From assembly GCF_009914755.1 (NCBI RefSeq), contig NC_060941.1: a stretch of DNA of 64,000 nucleotides; one strand, written 5' to 3'. The notes under the pieces are model-generated. The model did no database searches. It was not told the DNA's origin and saw only the letters and a list, made by a program, of their open reading frames with translations. Positions 20,630 through 32,977 of the stretch are shown in pieces. Source of the DNA: the human T2T-CHM13v2.0 reference genome, Homo sapiens. The position numbers and the translations under genes were made by a program. How positions within the stretch are numbered: position 1 is the first letter of the stretch; every line of letters starts with the position of its first letter.

Positions 20630-21590
20630 AAGGCGACAGCGCTAGACGCAGCCGGCAGGTCCGCAAGGTTGAGGTGCAGCGGTGCCGCAGGTGTCACCTC
20701 GAGAGTGCAGTCGGAGAGCGCCGCGGGTGAATGGGCCAGGCAAGGCAGGGGTACCCTAGGGATGCGACGCGGGGCTCCTGGGGACAAACCCTGCCCCAGG
20801 CCGGGAGGGAGGAGGGAGCAGGAGGGTCCAGCCCACGCCGCTGGCCACATCAGAGCACCAAGAGAACACCAACTGTTTATTACAGGAATTCCTATGAAAC
20901 AGCTCCAAGAAAAAACCCACACATAGGAGGAAAAAAAATAACAAAGCAACACTCAACAGACATGGGGCTGGGGCTTCCCCCACAGTGCGCCGGGTCCTGG
21001 CGCGGGGAAGGCTCAGAGACCCGTCGAGAACTCGAGCTGGGGTACCGAGGCACTCCTCGGAGACCCCCCCCCCTCCCTCCAGGGCCCCAGGCCTGGCGCG
21101 GGGAGCAGCGGAGGGGGCGACCGCTCCTCGGCAGGGCCCCCCGAGCCAGCGTCCCGGCCCCGCGCGCGTTTCCAAACTTGGTCACGCTCGGCGGCGGCTG
21201 CGCGTCCCGGCCCTCCCCAAGCTCGGCGTTGCGAGTCCGGGCAGGGTGGGCGGGACGAGGTGCGATCGCCGGCTCGCCTTCGCTACGCCCTTGTGATCTT
21301 GGGGCCACGGAGGCCACCAGGGCCCGGCCAAGGATCGGATGCCACTCCCAACCTCCCAGAGCCGCGCCGAAGCCTCGTGCCTGCCCAGGCTTCCCGGCTC
21401 TCCGGAAGGTCTGCGCGCTCCCATGTCCAGGGCGGGGCCACGGGCTGGGCAGCCTCCCTCCCCGTGGCAGTGGTCAGTGCCGTGTAAGCGTTCCTAGAAT
21501 CAGAGTTCTCCTCCTCAGATCACCCGCCCTTCTCAGGGGCACCCAGCAAGCCCTTATGCCCTAGGCGCTCACCCAGGCTGGCGGCCTTTC
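20630..21590. promoter_or_regulatory. CpG island inside the CUEDC1 3' UTR
   Basis: Very high GC and CpG density over about 1 kb. Confidence 0.75.
20876..20881 (-). terminator. Candidate proximal poly(A) signal AATAAA (CUEDC1)
   Basis: TTTATT on the + strand; on the minus strand it is preceded by U-rich and TGTA elements and followed by TTGGTGTTCTCTTGGTG. Confidence 0.5.
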
Positions 21591-22986
21591 CGCCTTGCTC
21601 TTTAGCCCTGCACCTGCTCAAAGGGGTCACTCCAGGACCCACCGCTGCCCACCCTCGGACAGCAGGGCTTCCAGTCCAGCTGGGGAGTCAGAGCCCCTGT
21701 GAGCCCCTACTGTGGTGTGACTCCAGAACTGGCTTTTGTCTGCTGCCAAATTAAAGACCCTGCCTCCCCAGAGTCCTCCAGCTCCAGGGTGGCCACCCTC
21801 CCCATCCCTGCTGGGTGACCGGGAGCTGCTGGGAGTGAGCCCATCCCTAACAGCAGCAGCCTGATGAGGCCAGACGGGGCAGGGCAGTCGGCAGATGCTT
21901 TGCAGTAGCCCATAGCTCCTCAGAGTTCCTGGGGGACTGGCCAGGGACCTCCCACCCAGGCTGGGTGCAGGGCTCGTGTGCTGGGCCAGCAGCCCCGGGG
22001 GAAGGCTGAGATACAGGAGGACATGGAAGGGAAGGGCACAAGTGCCCGGAGGGAGCTGAGGAAGGGGGACCAGAAGGGAGCTGAGGAAAGGGGGTCAGGC
22101 AGAGTCTGTGACAGGAGAGATAGAGAACGGACGGAGGCAGAGACTCCACCTTCAGGCCAAAGAGCCTCTGGTGGGGGTCATCTTGCCCTTTTCCATATTC
22201 CAACTTTTATCTGCTTTCTGGATTTTTTTTTTTTTAAAGGGAGGTTGGTTCCTGCATTTCCACTCTTTGACCATAGGAACGCCTGGCTACAAAAGGGGCT
22301 GTAATTGGCTGCTGCCTATAGGGGCCCCAGGTCCTTCCTCCAATTGCAAGGCAGCAACTCCGAAGTTCTAAGTCCCATGGAAAGTGGCAGTGGTTGGGCT
22401 GGACTGTGGCTGGAGGATCACCGGGCCTCGGTTCTCAAGCACCATCTGTCTGGCTGCAGCTGGGCCCTTCAGCTGGGGGCCAGTGTTGCTTTCCAGCTGC
22501 CCCCACCGGGTCAGATCATCTCTGGCAAGGAAGAGCTGCTGGCATCTGGTAGGGGAAAAAAGGGATGGGAGGAATCTTTTTCAAAGGAGCCCAATGGTCT
22601 TTCCTGGTCACTGGTTCCTGGAGAGACAGTTTTGGGAGAAGTTACTAAAGACGTAAGCCCTCTCCTTTTTCCAGGGACTCGAGGTCAACCGTAGAACTCT
22701 GCCTGGGTCATCCCCCCATTCAAATTCCTAGAACCATTCCAGCTTGCCCAGCTGCAGGGACTCTGGCAGCAGGAGATGGAGTGAAGGAATGGAATCCCGG
22801 GGTGAAGCAGCTGTAGGGGAGGGCTTCAACGTGGGAGGGTACCTGGCCCATTCTAATACGTCATAGCTCAGGGGAGCTAGGCCACAAAGACCTGTAGGTG
22901 GAGAAAAGTAAACTGGGGGCAGAACTTGGTAGGACTCAGACACCAGGCTGAAGAGTTCCTAAGACTTTACTCAGAAGACTCATTCA

Positions 22987-23361
<375 letters not shown>

Positions 23362-23970
23362 TCAGAGTAGGTAGGGGCAGTGAAGAGAACAGGGCTGTGA
23401 CCTAGGTGATGAGCATCTATCAGGGTGGTAATGGAAGGAATAGAAAAGAGAATGAAAGGGGGCAGTCAGGAGGAGAGACTGAGTTGCTATCCAAGGCTGA
23501 AAAGAAAATCTTGGGTGCAGCTGGGGACACGAAGCAGCTCTGGAAGCCTAACTGCGATGGAGATTCAGATGTAGGAGCCAGATGCGCAGAAGTGTTGCTG
23601 GTGCTATAAAAGAGGGCGGAGGCACTGCCAGAGTGGGCAGTGAGAAGACTTCGAAGAGGGTCAAGGGCAGAGCAACAAGGAGAGCCAGTATTTAGGGAGT
23701 GGGCGGAGCAACAGGAGCCAGGAGAGAGGAAGGAGAACCTGGCTTCCTGGGGTCACAGGAGCCAAGGGAGGGCAGCTTCAGGAGAGATCAGGGGAGTGCG
23801 TGTGGAAGAGCACCATAAGAATGCAGAAGATGCTAAGGCCCTGAGCTGCTGGGTGACCTCCGAGTCAATCCGAGTGATGGGAGGGGCTGTCAGCCTGCAG
23901 TGGATGAAGGAGGATGGCAGGGAAGACTCAAGGACCCTTGGTGTTTAAGGGGAGGAGGAGGAGGATGTCA

Positions 23971-24586
<616 letters not shown>

Positions 24587-25060
24587 TCAGGTGGAGTGGG
24601 TGTGGGGGCCAGCTGCCCAGGCAGAGAGGAGAGGGCACTTGTATTTACTTGTTCCCGGTTTCCCTCCATTGTGACTATCCTGAGGCAAGTGAGTATTTCT
24701 CCATCGTCTGACACAGGGCCATACCTGCCACACCATCAACTCAAGAAAGCCTTGTAGATGCTGCCCACTGGGACCAAACAAGTGGCTGGGGAAGGCCGGG
24801 CAGCTTCCCCTCTCCCATGGTAAACGGGGGCTGGAAAAGGGACAGCTGTCTTGGCCAACTCCTGGAGGAGGCCTTGGTATTTTCTTTTTCTCCCCAAGAG
24901 GGTGCACAGGAAGCGAGGAGGAGAAATGGCTTGGAGCCCTGGGGCTTCAGCCAGAAACCGCTGCCTCAGGAGGGTTTCCTCATCCTGGTGTGGCAGATCC
25001 CAGCCCACCCAACCCAAGCAGGGGGCTGGAGAGAGTTGTGTGTGTGCACAGCCGGGTTGA

Positions 25061-25500
<440 letters not shown>

Positions 25501-25736
25501 TAGGCAGGTGTGCTCATCTTTTGTCAAATGAATAAATAACCAAAAAAGACATGCAATGAACTAGTTCCCACGCCCGTGTCCCTGCCGCAACTATGAGGGA
25601 AGACACGTGGGGCCTGTGCTACCCAGTTGCCTGAGCCCAGCGCCTCTGGACACCTGGGAGGACATGTGGGGTGCATAGTGTGGGGGGCCCTGGCCTTGGG
25701 CAGTCCCTGGGTTGCTATGGCTCCAGGCCTTACCTC

Positions 25737-25804
25737 TTACTGTCCTTCTCGCAGGCCTTCCTCCACCTTGGGTGCCTCCTGACGCCTGCCCCGGAAGTCT
25801 TCAT
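25737..25804 (-). CDS. CUEDC1: CUEDC1 exon 10, coding part with stop codon
   Basis: Acceptor CTTTTCAG|AT; encodes (D)EDFRGRRQEAPKVEEGLREGQ* with TAA at 25739-25737; total CDS 1161 nt; donor GAG|GTAAGG 3 nt after the stop (25734/25733). Confidence 0.93.
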
Positions 25805-26616
25805 CTGAAAAGGAGAGGGAAGCTGCCTCATCCTCTACCCTGCAGGGCCTCGCTCAGGCACGGCCCCTAGACTGGGCAAGAGAGCTGACCCGACTCTCTC
25901 TGCCCCCTTCATTTGGGACCCATGCAGATCCCCCCAGGTAGACGATGCATGGGTCCAGGGAGAGAGGCAGCAGGACACTCAGGTGCTGGCCAGGGTCCAC
26001 CACTGAGCTCTGAGACCTTGGACAAGTTCTCCCCTCGTCTTTGGGCCTCAAATTTCCTCATCTATAAAATGGGATGGAAAAGCTGGACTATCTAGATGAC
26101 CTCTGAGGCCCTTCCAGTCCTTGTTTCTGGATGCCTCCTGACCCTCGAATGTGGCATGAGGATCAGGGTTCAGCTGCGGGCCCAGGAGGGTCTGAGGCAG
26201 AGTCTTCTGGCCCACGTGGCCTTTGGAAGGGACTGGGTGAAAGTTGAGAAGCCTCTGGGCCCACAGACTGAAGCTGCCCAGTGCTTGGTTCTCAGGCCGA
26301 GGGTCCCCCATGGGGGCAGGCCTGTCTGCCACCTCACACCCAAAAGAATATTCCCCAGAAACAGTACCTGGCACTTCATGCTACAGGTACACATCTAGGT
26401 GGAAGTAGGGCTAGGGCCCCTTTTCAGGGGTTGCAGAAAGGGGGAAGCAATGTCGACCAAGTCAGGGGGATCCATATCTTTGGGTCACCTGCCCACCAAC
26501 CCTCAGTGTGTTCCTCCAGGGGACAGGGCGGGTGCTCCCATGAAACACCCAGGAACTCCGCTGGGAGATCACCGATCATAGAGAAGTTGGAGCTTACGAC
26601 TCCCCTCCAGCCTCAC

Positions 26617-26675
26617 CACACGCGTGGCCCTCCACATCATCCAGGAGGTTGGCTGTTGACGCGGCAGCCCCCAGC
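26617..26675 (-). CDS. CUEDC1: CUEDC1 exon 9
   Basis: Acceptor GGCAG|G; encodes LGAAASTANLLDDVEGHAC; 59 nt; donor GTG|GTGAGG. Confidence 0.92.
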
Positions 26676-27409
26676 CTGCCAGGCCATTCAGGAAAACCGT
26701 CCCAGGGATGAGGGGACACTGCCCTAGTCCTCCCAGTCCCACTGACTCTCTGCCCCACCCCTCAAAGCTCTGGAGGTACCTGACACACCCACCTGACCCC
26801 CCACACCCTTAGTACTGTCCCCCAGGCTCATTTTCCTGAGGTCAGTGGTATGGCCAGGCCCTGACACTCTCGCCCAGCTTACATCTCTGGGGATGGAGAA
26901 ACAGCTTCCTCCCTGTTTCCCTCTGGCTGCTGAGCCTCTGCTATCCTAGGCCCTGTTTGAGAAGCATGAATAGGAGTTCTGATAAAAAGGTGGAAAGCCG
27001 TATTTCTACTCGAGGAAGGGAGGGCCAACATGCTTGGAGTGAGGAGGACTCGTGCACCAGTTCAACTAGAGAAATGAAGGGAAGGTTTGATATTGATGGA
27101 AGAACCACTTTTTCTCCCAAGAAGTACATAACCTCAGACCAAAAAAAAAGTTAATAGGACAACTTCTGGGCCTACAGAAGGGAGACAGGAGCTGCTGCCC
27201 TGCTCCCTAGGCCTGGTCCCTGGTTGGCAACGAGAGACGGGCAGTGGACTGGTGGCCAAGCTCATGGAGGAGAGGGGAGGAGGAAGGGAAGGCCACAGAG
27301 CCGGGTTCCACTCCCAGGGGAGGGCACAGCTGCAGGGAGTCCAACAGGGGTCTTGCTCCATGGCCCTTGGCTTCCACCACCCCCACCAGTGCCAGGCTGG
27401 AAAGGATAC
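26676..27409 (-). other. CUEDC1: U12-type (minor spliceosome) GT-AG intron, CUEDC1 intron 8
   Basis: 5' splice site GTATCCTTT is the exact U12 consensus; branch-point-like TTTTCCTGAAT at 26696-26686, about 10 nt from the CAG acceptor, with no polypyrimidine tract. Confidence 0.88.
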
Positions 27410-27503
27410 GACTGATGCTTCAACAAGTGTTTCCTCTTTGACTTCCTCATTTTGGTCTTCTCTGAGAAGGCTCGGGCAAGTTCAAACAGTTTCCTCCGGG
27501 TGG
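27410..27503 (-). CDS. CUEDC1: CUEDC1 exon 8
   Basis: Acceptor CCCCCAG|CC; encodes (S)TRRKLFELARAFSEKTKMRKSKRKHLLKHQ(S), a basic NLS-like stretch; 94 nt; followed by the U12-type donor GTATCCTTT. Confidence 0.92.
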
Positions 27504-28381
27504 CTGGGGGCAGAGAGACCTGTGAGTCATTCTCTCAGCAGCCAGCACACCAGATGGCCTCCTCCCAGGTGTGGGAAAGGCCAGGGGAGGACCAAGGCCC
27601 CCCGGAGAGGGAGCAGGGGGCAGGCAAGGGTGGGAGCTGAGGAGGGAGAGATGACAGGAATCGCAGACCCCTGAGGACGCCACCCCAGGAGCAAGAGGCT
27701 ACATCCTGGGTCAGCCTGCAGGGGCAGCACAGGACACCCTGAGCCAGGCCCAGGGACCGCAGGCGGCTCAAGATCCAAGTATTCCCTCCCCAGCTGCAAC
27801 ACACTGCAACGCATCTTGGCTCGCTTTCCCGCCGCCACCGCCTTCCCGCCCCTCCCCTAGCCACCTCCAAAGTTGGTTCTGGGATTTCCATGACTAATCC
27901 GAGATTTTCCTTGAAATGGAGCCTGAAAGGATCGCAGCCTCATTCACACATGGCTGTGGGTCTGTGTGGCGGGGAGGTGAGGGGGAGGGAAGGGGGCATT
28001 CAAGGCTGGTAGGACTTTGTGGAAAGAGGTCCCCCACCCCCACAGAGGCTTAGCAAGGGCCTCTCTGTGCAGTCAGCTCCGGCCAAGCCTCCTCGAGCCA
28101 CAGAGAACGTGAACATGAGGATTGCGGTGAGGGCATGTGTGGCACGTTATTTTTCTGCAGACATCTGGCTCAAGAGGATTTAAAACTTAATTTGTATCTA
28201 GACTCAGCTGTAGAGGGAAGTGAGGCAGGAAGGCTGAGGGAGCCAGCCTGCGATGAAAATGTCACTGGTTCACCAAGAGTCAGCTGCATTACATGTGCTG
28301 AGGGGCTCCCTCACTCCTGGGAGGCCACAGGGCCTGTCTCAGAAAAGCTGGGGAGGGAAGCGGGGCCTGAGTGGGACTCAC

Positions 28382-28453
28382 ACTTTCCCATGTGTTTCAG
28401 CTTGTCCCTGAATAAGGCATCTTCAGACACAGCGGGGTTGGCGTCGCCAGTTC
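28382..28453 (-). CDS. CUEDC1: CUEDC1 exon 7
   Basis: Acceptor CTTCCAG|GA; encodes (G)TGDANPAVSEDALFRDKLKHMGK; 72 nt; donor AGT|GTGAGT. Confidence 0.92.
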
Positions 28454-28662
28454 CTGGAAGGAGACACCTGCTGAAGGCCGGCCACCGTGGCCAGCCATGG
28501 CCGCTGTCCCAGCCCTACCCACCCATCTGAGGACAAATGCAAAGAAAGAGCAGGCTTCTTCCCTGGCCAGAAGGGAGTTTAAAGCAAGGAGGATGTGGAG
28601 TTCCAGGAGCTCCTCTTTCCCCTTGTGGACTTTGTTTCCTCCTCTGTAAAAATGGGGAGGGT

Positions 28663-28853
28663 TCAGCGGTCTACTGTGTGTGCAGACAGCCAGCTCGTGT
28701 GTGCTCCCAACTGTCCACGCCTCTGACCAACTCCATGTTTCATGACATCACCTTGGTAGCTTGGGAGTATTTCCACCATGGAGGTCACCAAGCACTACAT
28801 ATCAGGCTCCCGCTGCACCCAGAGTTGGCTGTGAAACATTCACCAGCACACCA
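28663..28853 (-). mobile_element. MER63-like hAT DNA transposon fragment
   Basis: End ...GAAACATTCACCAGCACACCAG resembles the reverse complement of the MER63 terminus; recalled from memory. Confidence 0.45.
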
Positions 28854-29747
28854 GGGGCCTCCTGCACCCCGACATTCATGTGACAGTCAAATGAGGTGCT
28901 GGCTCAGAGCCGGCATTCACCTGTAGCAAGTCCCTTGTCCTTCCTGCCAGGTAAGCCCATCCATTGCTCCCTCCCAGCCACAGGGTTTCTGGCTATTAGA
29001 CAATGAGTAGGAATAGAATGGGACTAGTCCTGGAGTCAGAACCCCACCGGCCACCCAGAGTCTCCCGGGCTCGCTCAGCATCCACTTGGGTTTTTTGCTG
29101 GTTTCTGAAGCCCCTGCTCTCTGTCCTGCAACTTGGTTAATCCCCAGTCACCTTGCCTGCTAAGTCCCCTTTGAGTCATTCTGATCCATCTCAGCAGCCC
29201 CGGTATCTCTAGTTAATTCAGGATCAAGGACAAGAGGCTCCTGCTTAAAACTCCCAGCTGCACATCTGCTGAGCCCTAAGCTCCCAGCCTGCTGCTTATG
29301 AGTCAGTTCCACAGGATTTTCTCCCTTCAAGCTGGGATCAGCTCAGCTCCCCATCCCTCTGCTCCTCCACCCCCAACTCCACTGCATGATGCAAGGTCTA
29401 TTCCAGGCAAGAGCCCTTCTCCGAGGTGGGCAGCTTGTGTACATGTGGGGCAGGGGGCACTGACTGATGAGGGGCCACTGTTCGCACACAGGCACCAGGT
29501 CATCGTTCCCAGCTGTGGCTCAACCCAGTAGTCTGCGCATCCCAGGAGCACTGCAGCCCCCTCACCCCTATCCAACCCTCTTTCAGCCATCAGAGCTTCT
29601 GAGCAGAAGGGCCTGGCCCTCTTTACAGGCAATTCTTACTTCCCACCACCTTGTACACAAAGCTAGAAATTCCTCTTCCTCCAACACCTAGGGCAAGGCC
29701 CAACAGATGGCAGATATTCTCCAGCTATGTCATGAATGAATGAGTAA

Positions 29748-30242
<495 letters not shown>

Positions 30243-30545
30243 ATGTGTCATTGACTAGCCTACACTCGAGGCATAGGTTGAGAGTTCAGCCAGCCTATGT
30301 TACTTGAACACAACTGTGGGCTCTGAAGCCCAGCAGTGGCTGGATTGGAAAGACCCCAGAGCTGCTAAATGGACTGGATATGGAGATGGGGGCAGAAGCA
30401 GCCCCGCCAGCCTGCTGAGGAGGCCCAGGCCCCCTCCCACAATCTGTTTTTTCACCCTCCTCTCAAACTCCAAATATGCAAAGCAAAGTTGGGTGTGAGC
30501 TCCCCACTATGCCTCTAGGTTTTCTTCCCCAGAAGGCAAAGTTAC

Positions 30546-30629
30546 CTGGGACAGGAGAGGAAAAGCCAAAGTCGTTTCCGACAGCCACGCTGCTGGATTT
30601 AGATTTCTGGGATTCGTATTTCAATCGAT
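30546..30629 (-). CDS. CUEDC1: CUEDC1 exon 6
   Basis: Acceptor TTTTCCAG|AT; encodes (D)RLKYESQKSKSSSVAVGNDFGFSSPVP; 84 nt; donor CAG|GTAAC. Confidence 0.93.
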
Positions 30630-30888
30630 CTGGAAAAGGACCACATTCACAGGTCAGGGAGGTTAGCTCCTGGGCTCCCAGGGGCAGGCTGGGCTGGGAC
30701 ACGGTAGTTTGCTAGAGGCTAAGTCCCCAGAATCACACATGAGCACACACGGGCACCCAAAATATGAGTGCACACATCTACCAGCTCTCAAAGAACCAGC
30801 AGTAAAAGAAACTACCGCCTGACAGCCATCTCAAATGTCAGAATTAAAAGGACTCAGAGAGACTGTAGAGTCCAAACCCCCTCATTTA

Positions 30889-31246
<358 letters not shown>

Positions 31247-31922
31247 CTAACCTTGGGCCTCAGCCCAGCCTTCTCCCTCCACAACTTGCTCCTCCCCCAC
31301 CAACACACCATCAGTTACACACACAAGCTCTCACGCTGTGGCCGTCACAGGGACAGAGCTCCACAGCCCTCTCGTCTCCTCTACCCCAAACGCACTCCCA
31401 CCCTGCAGGGGAAAGGCAGCCAGGCTAGGGAGCAGGGTCTCCAACCCAGAGACAACCCAAATACCTGCAAAGTTCCAGAGCCCCTGCTCTAAAGTCTTCC
31501 ACTCAAGAGCCTCCCCCGCCCTGGCCTTCATGAACCCAGTCGTTCTGTTTCCGGAGCTCCAGACACATCACGCCTGCCTTGGGGCTGGGGCTCTGTGAGG
31601 AGGGGCAGTGCTCTTCTCCCTGCTGCCTTGTGCCAAGGCCAGTGCCTGGCACAGAGCAGGTGTGCAAAGGGAAGAAGGCCTAAGAGTGCACATCCTTCTT
31701 CCTCTGAGTCCCGAGGGAGAAAGGGGTGGGCTAGTGACCCAGGTCCCCATAGGCAGAATTCTGAGGCTCCCATGGGATAACTTGGTGGGAGTCATGCCTC
31801 AATAGGACAGAAAGCACCTGGCCCCCTCAGCCCCCAGCTCAGTGTTTTCCTGAGCCCCAAGGCTAAAGCCAGCATCACCTCCCTTCTTCAGCCAGGGAGA
31901 AGTGGCTGCAGGCGCTGCCCAC

Positions 31923-32115
31923 CTCTCTCCAGAGCGAGGAGGAAGTCGCGGTTCCGTTGCAGCTCCTTCATGAACTCCTCGTTCTGCAGGAAAAGCGCGA
32001 TCCTCTCGTCCTCCAGGTACTGCTTCCAGCGGCTCTCCTGGTCTCCGGGCCCTGGCCCAGCCATGGCAGGTGGACATCCCTCTCCACTCCCAGGCTTGGG
32101 GCCCCCAGCGTTACC
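31923..32115 (-). CDS. CUEDC1: CUEDC1 exon 5
   Basis: Acceptor CTCCTCAG|GGT; encodes GNAGGPKPGSGEG...WKQYLEDERIALFLQNEEFMKELQRNRDFLLALER; 193 nt; donor AG|GTGGGC. Confidence 0.94.
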
Positions 32116-32850
32116 CTGAGGAGGGAAGCGAGCATGTTGAATGTGTACACACAAGGGTACATGTTGCACAAACGTCCACATCCCTCTGGTTGCACACATG
32201 CCCTGTCCAACATCCTCCAGCCCTCACCTGAGGCTCACACCTCCTAATGGAACCTGGTTGCGAGCCAAAATCCAACGGACAGGTCAGAGCCATTGCTGCA
32301 GGGGACACAGCAGTAGCCTAAAAACTATTTTTCCCCCACGCCACAGACCACCTCATACCTTCATCTACAACCTGAACAGTCCTGAAAACAAATCTGCAGA
32401 CTGTGGAACAGCCTATACGTCAATTCCCAAACTCAACCCTCTCCCTGCACCAGCAGCCTCAGGGTGGACCTGCCCCGCTGTGGGGCACCTTGGGGCATGC
32501 CAACATCTAGCAAGAAGCAGCCTCTGGCCCTTTCCCAAGGGAGGAAGGGGGGTGCTCTGGCCCTCCACCATTGGCCACCCCATGCCCGCCTCTCTCCAGC
32601 CTGAGGTGACTGCTGCAGCAGACAGCCTCCTTAGGCTGTCACCTTCCCTGGATAGAACAGGAAACCTCCAGGCCCAGGCAGGAAGTGAGGCTTTCAGTTC
32701 AGCATTCCTGCCCTACGAACCCAGGGCAACAGAAATAGCTCAGCCTGGGTTTAAACATCAGGAAGTAAAACTGGCTGGCACAAATTGTGTGGGCAAAGAG
32801 AGATGCTGGACAAGCAGGTGGGAGTGGAAGGCGGGGGCGGCCCCTGTTAC

Positions 32851-32977
32851 CTGTATGCTGTCCAGCTGCTGGGGCAGGATGCGGAGAAAGTCATCCGGAA
32901 GGTTGCCCAGCAGTGGTGGGTTCCAGTTCCGATAGCGTCTCTGGCTTGTAGGGGCTCCAGAGCCCAGCGCGTCGATA
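32851..32977 (-). CDS. CUEDC1: CUEDC1 exon 4
   Basis: Acceptor CCCCTAG|T; encodes IDALGSGAPTSQRRYRNWNPPLLGNLPDDFLRILPQQLDSIQ; 127 nt; donor CAG|GTAACA. Confidence 0.93.

Larger units (their letters stand above)
20505..22545 (-). other. CUEDC1: CUEDC1 terminal 3'-UTR exon (3' end approximate)
   Basis: Acceptor TTTTTCCCCTACCAG|ATG at 22546/22545; about 2 kb free of obvious repeats, ending near AATAAA at 20528-20523. Confidence 0.7.

Noticed and set aside
20731-21564. 277-aa + strand ORF
   Set aside because: It lies in a GC-rich CpG island that is depleted of stop codons, has low-complexity P/R/G/A composition and no recognisable domain, and is antisense to the CUEDC1 UTR.
22222-22238. Possible CUEDC1 3' end at the genomic A-run on the minus strand
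   Set aside because: No AATAAA just upstream; cDNA ends here would probably be oligo-dT internal priming.
32141-32935. 264-aa + strand ORF
   Set aside because: Antisense to CUEDC1 intron 4 and exon 4, non-ATG start, no domain-like signal.
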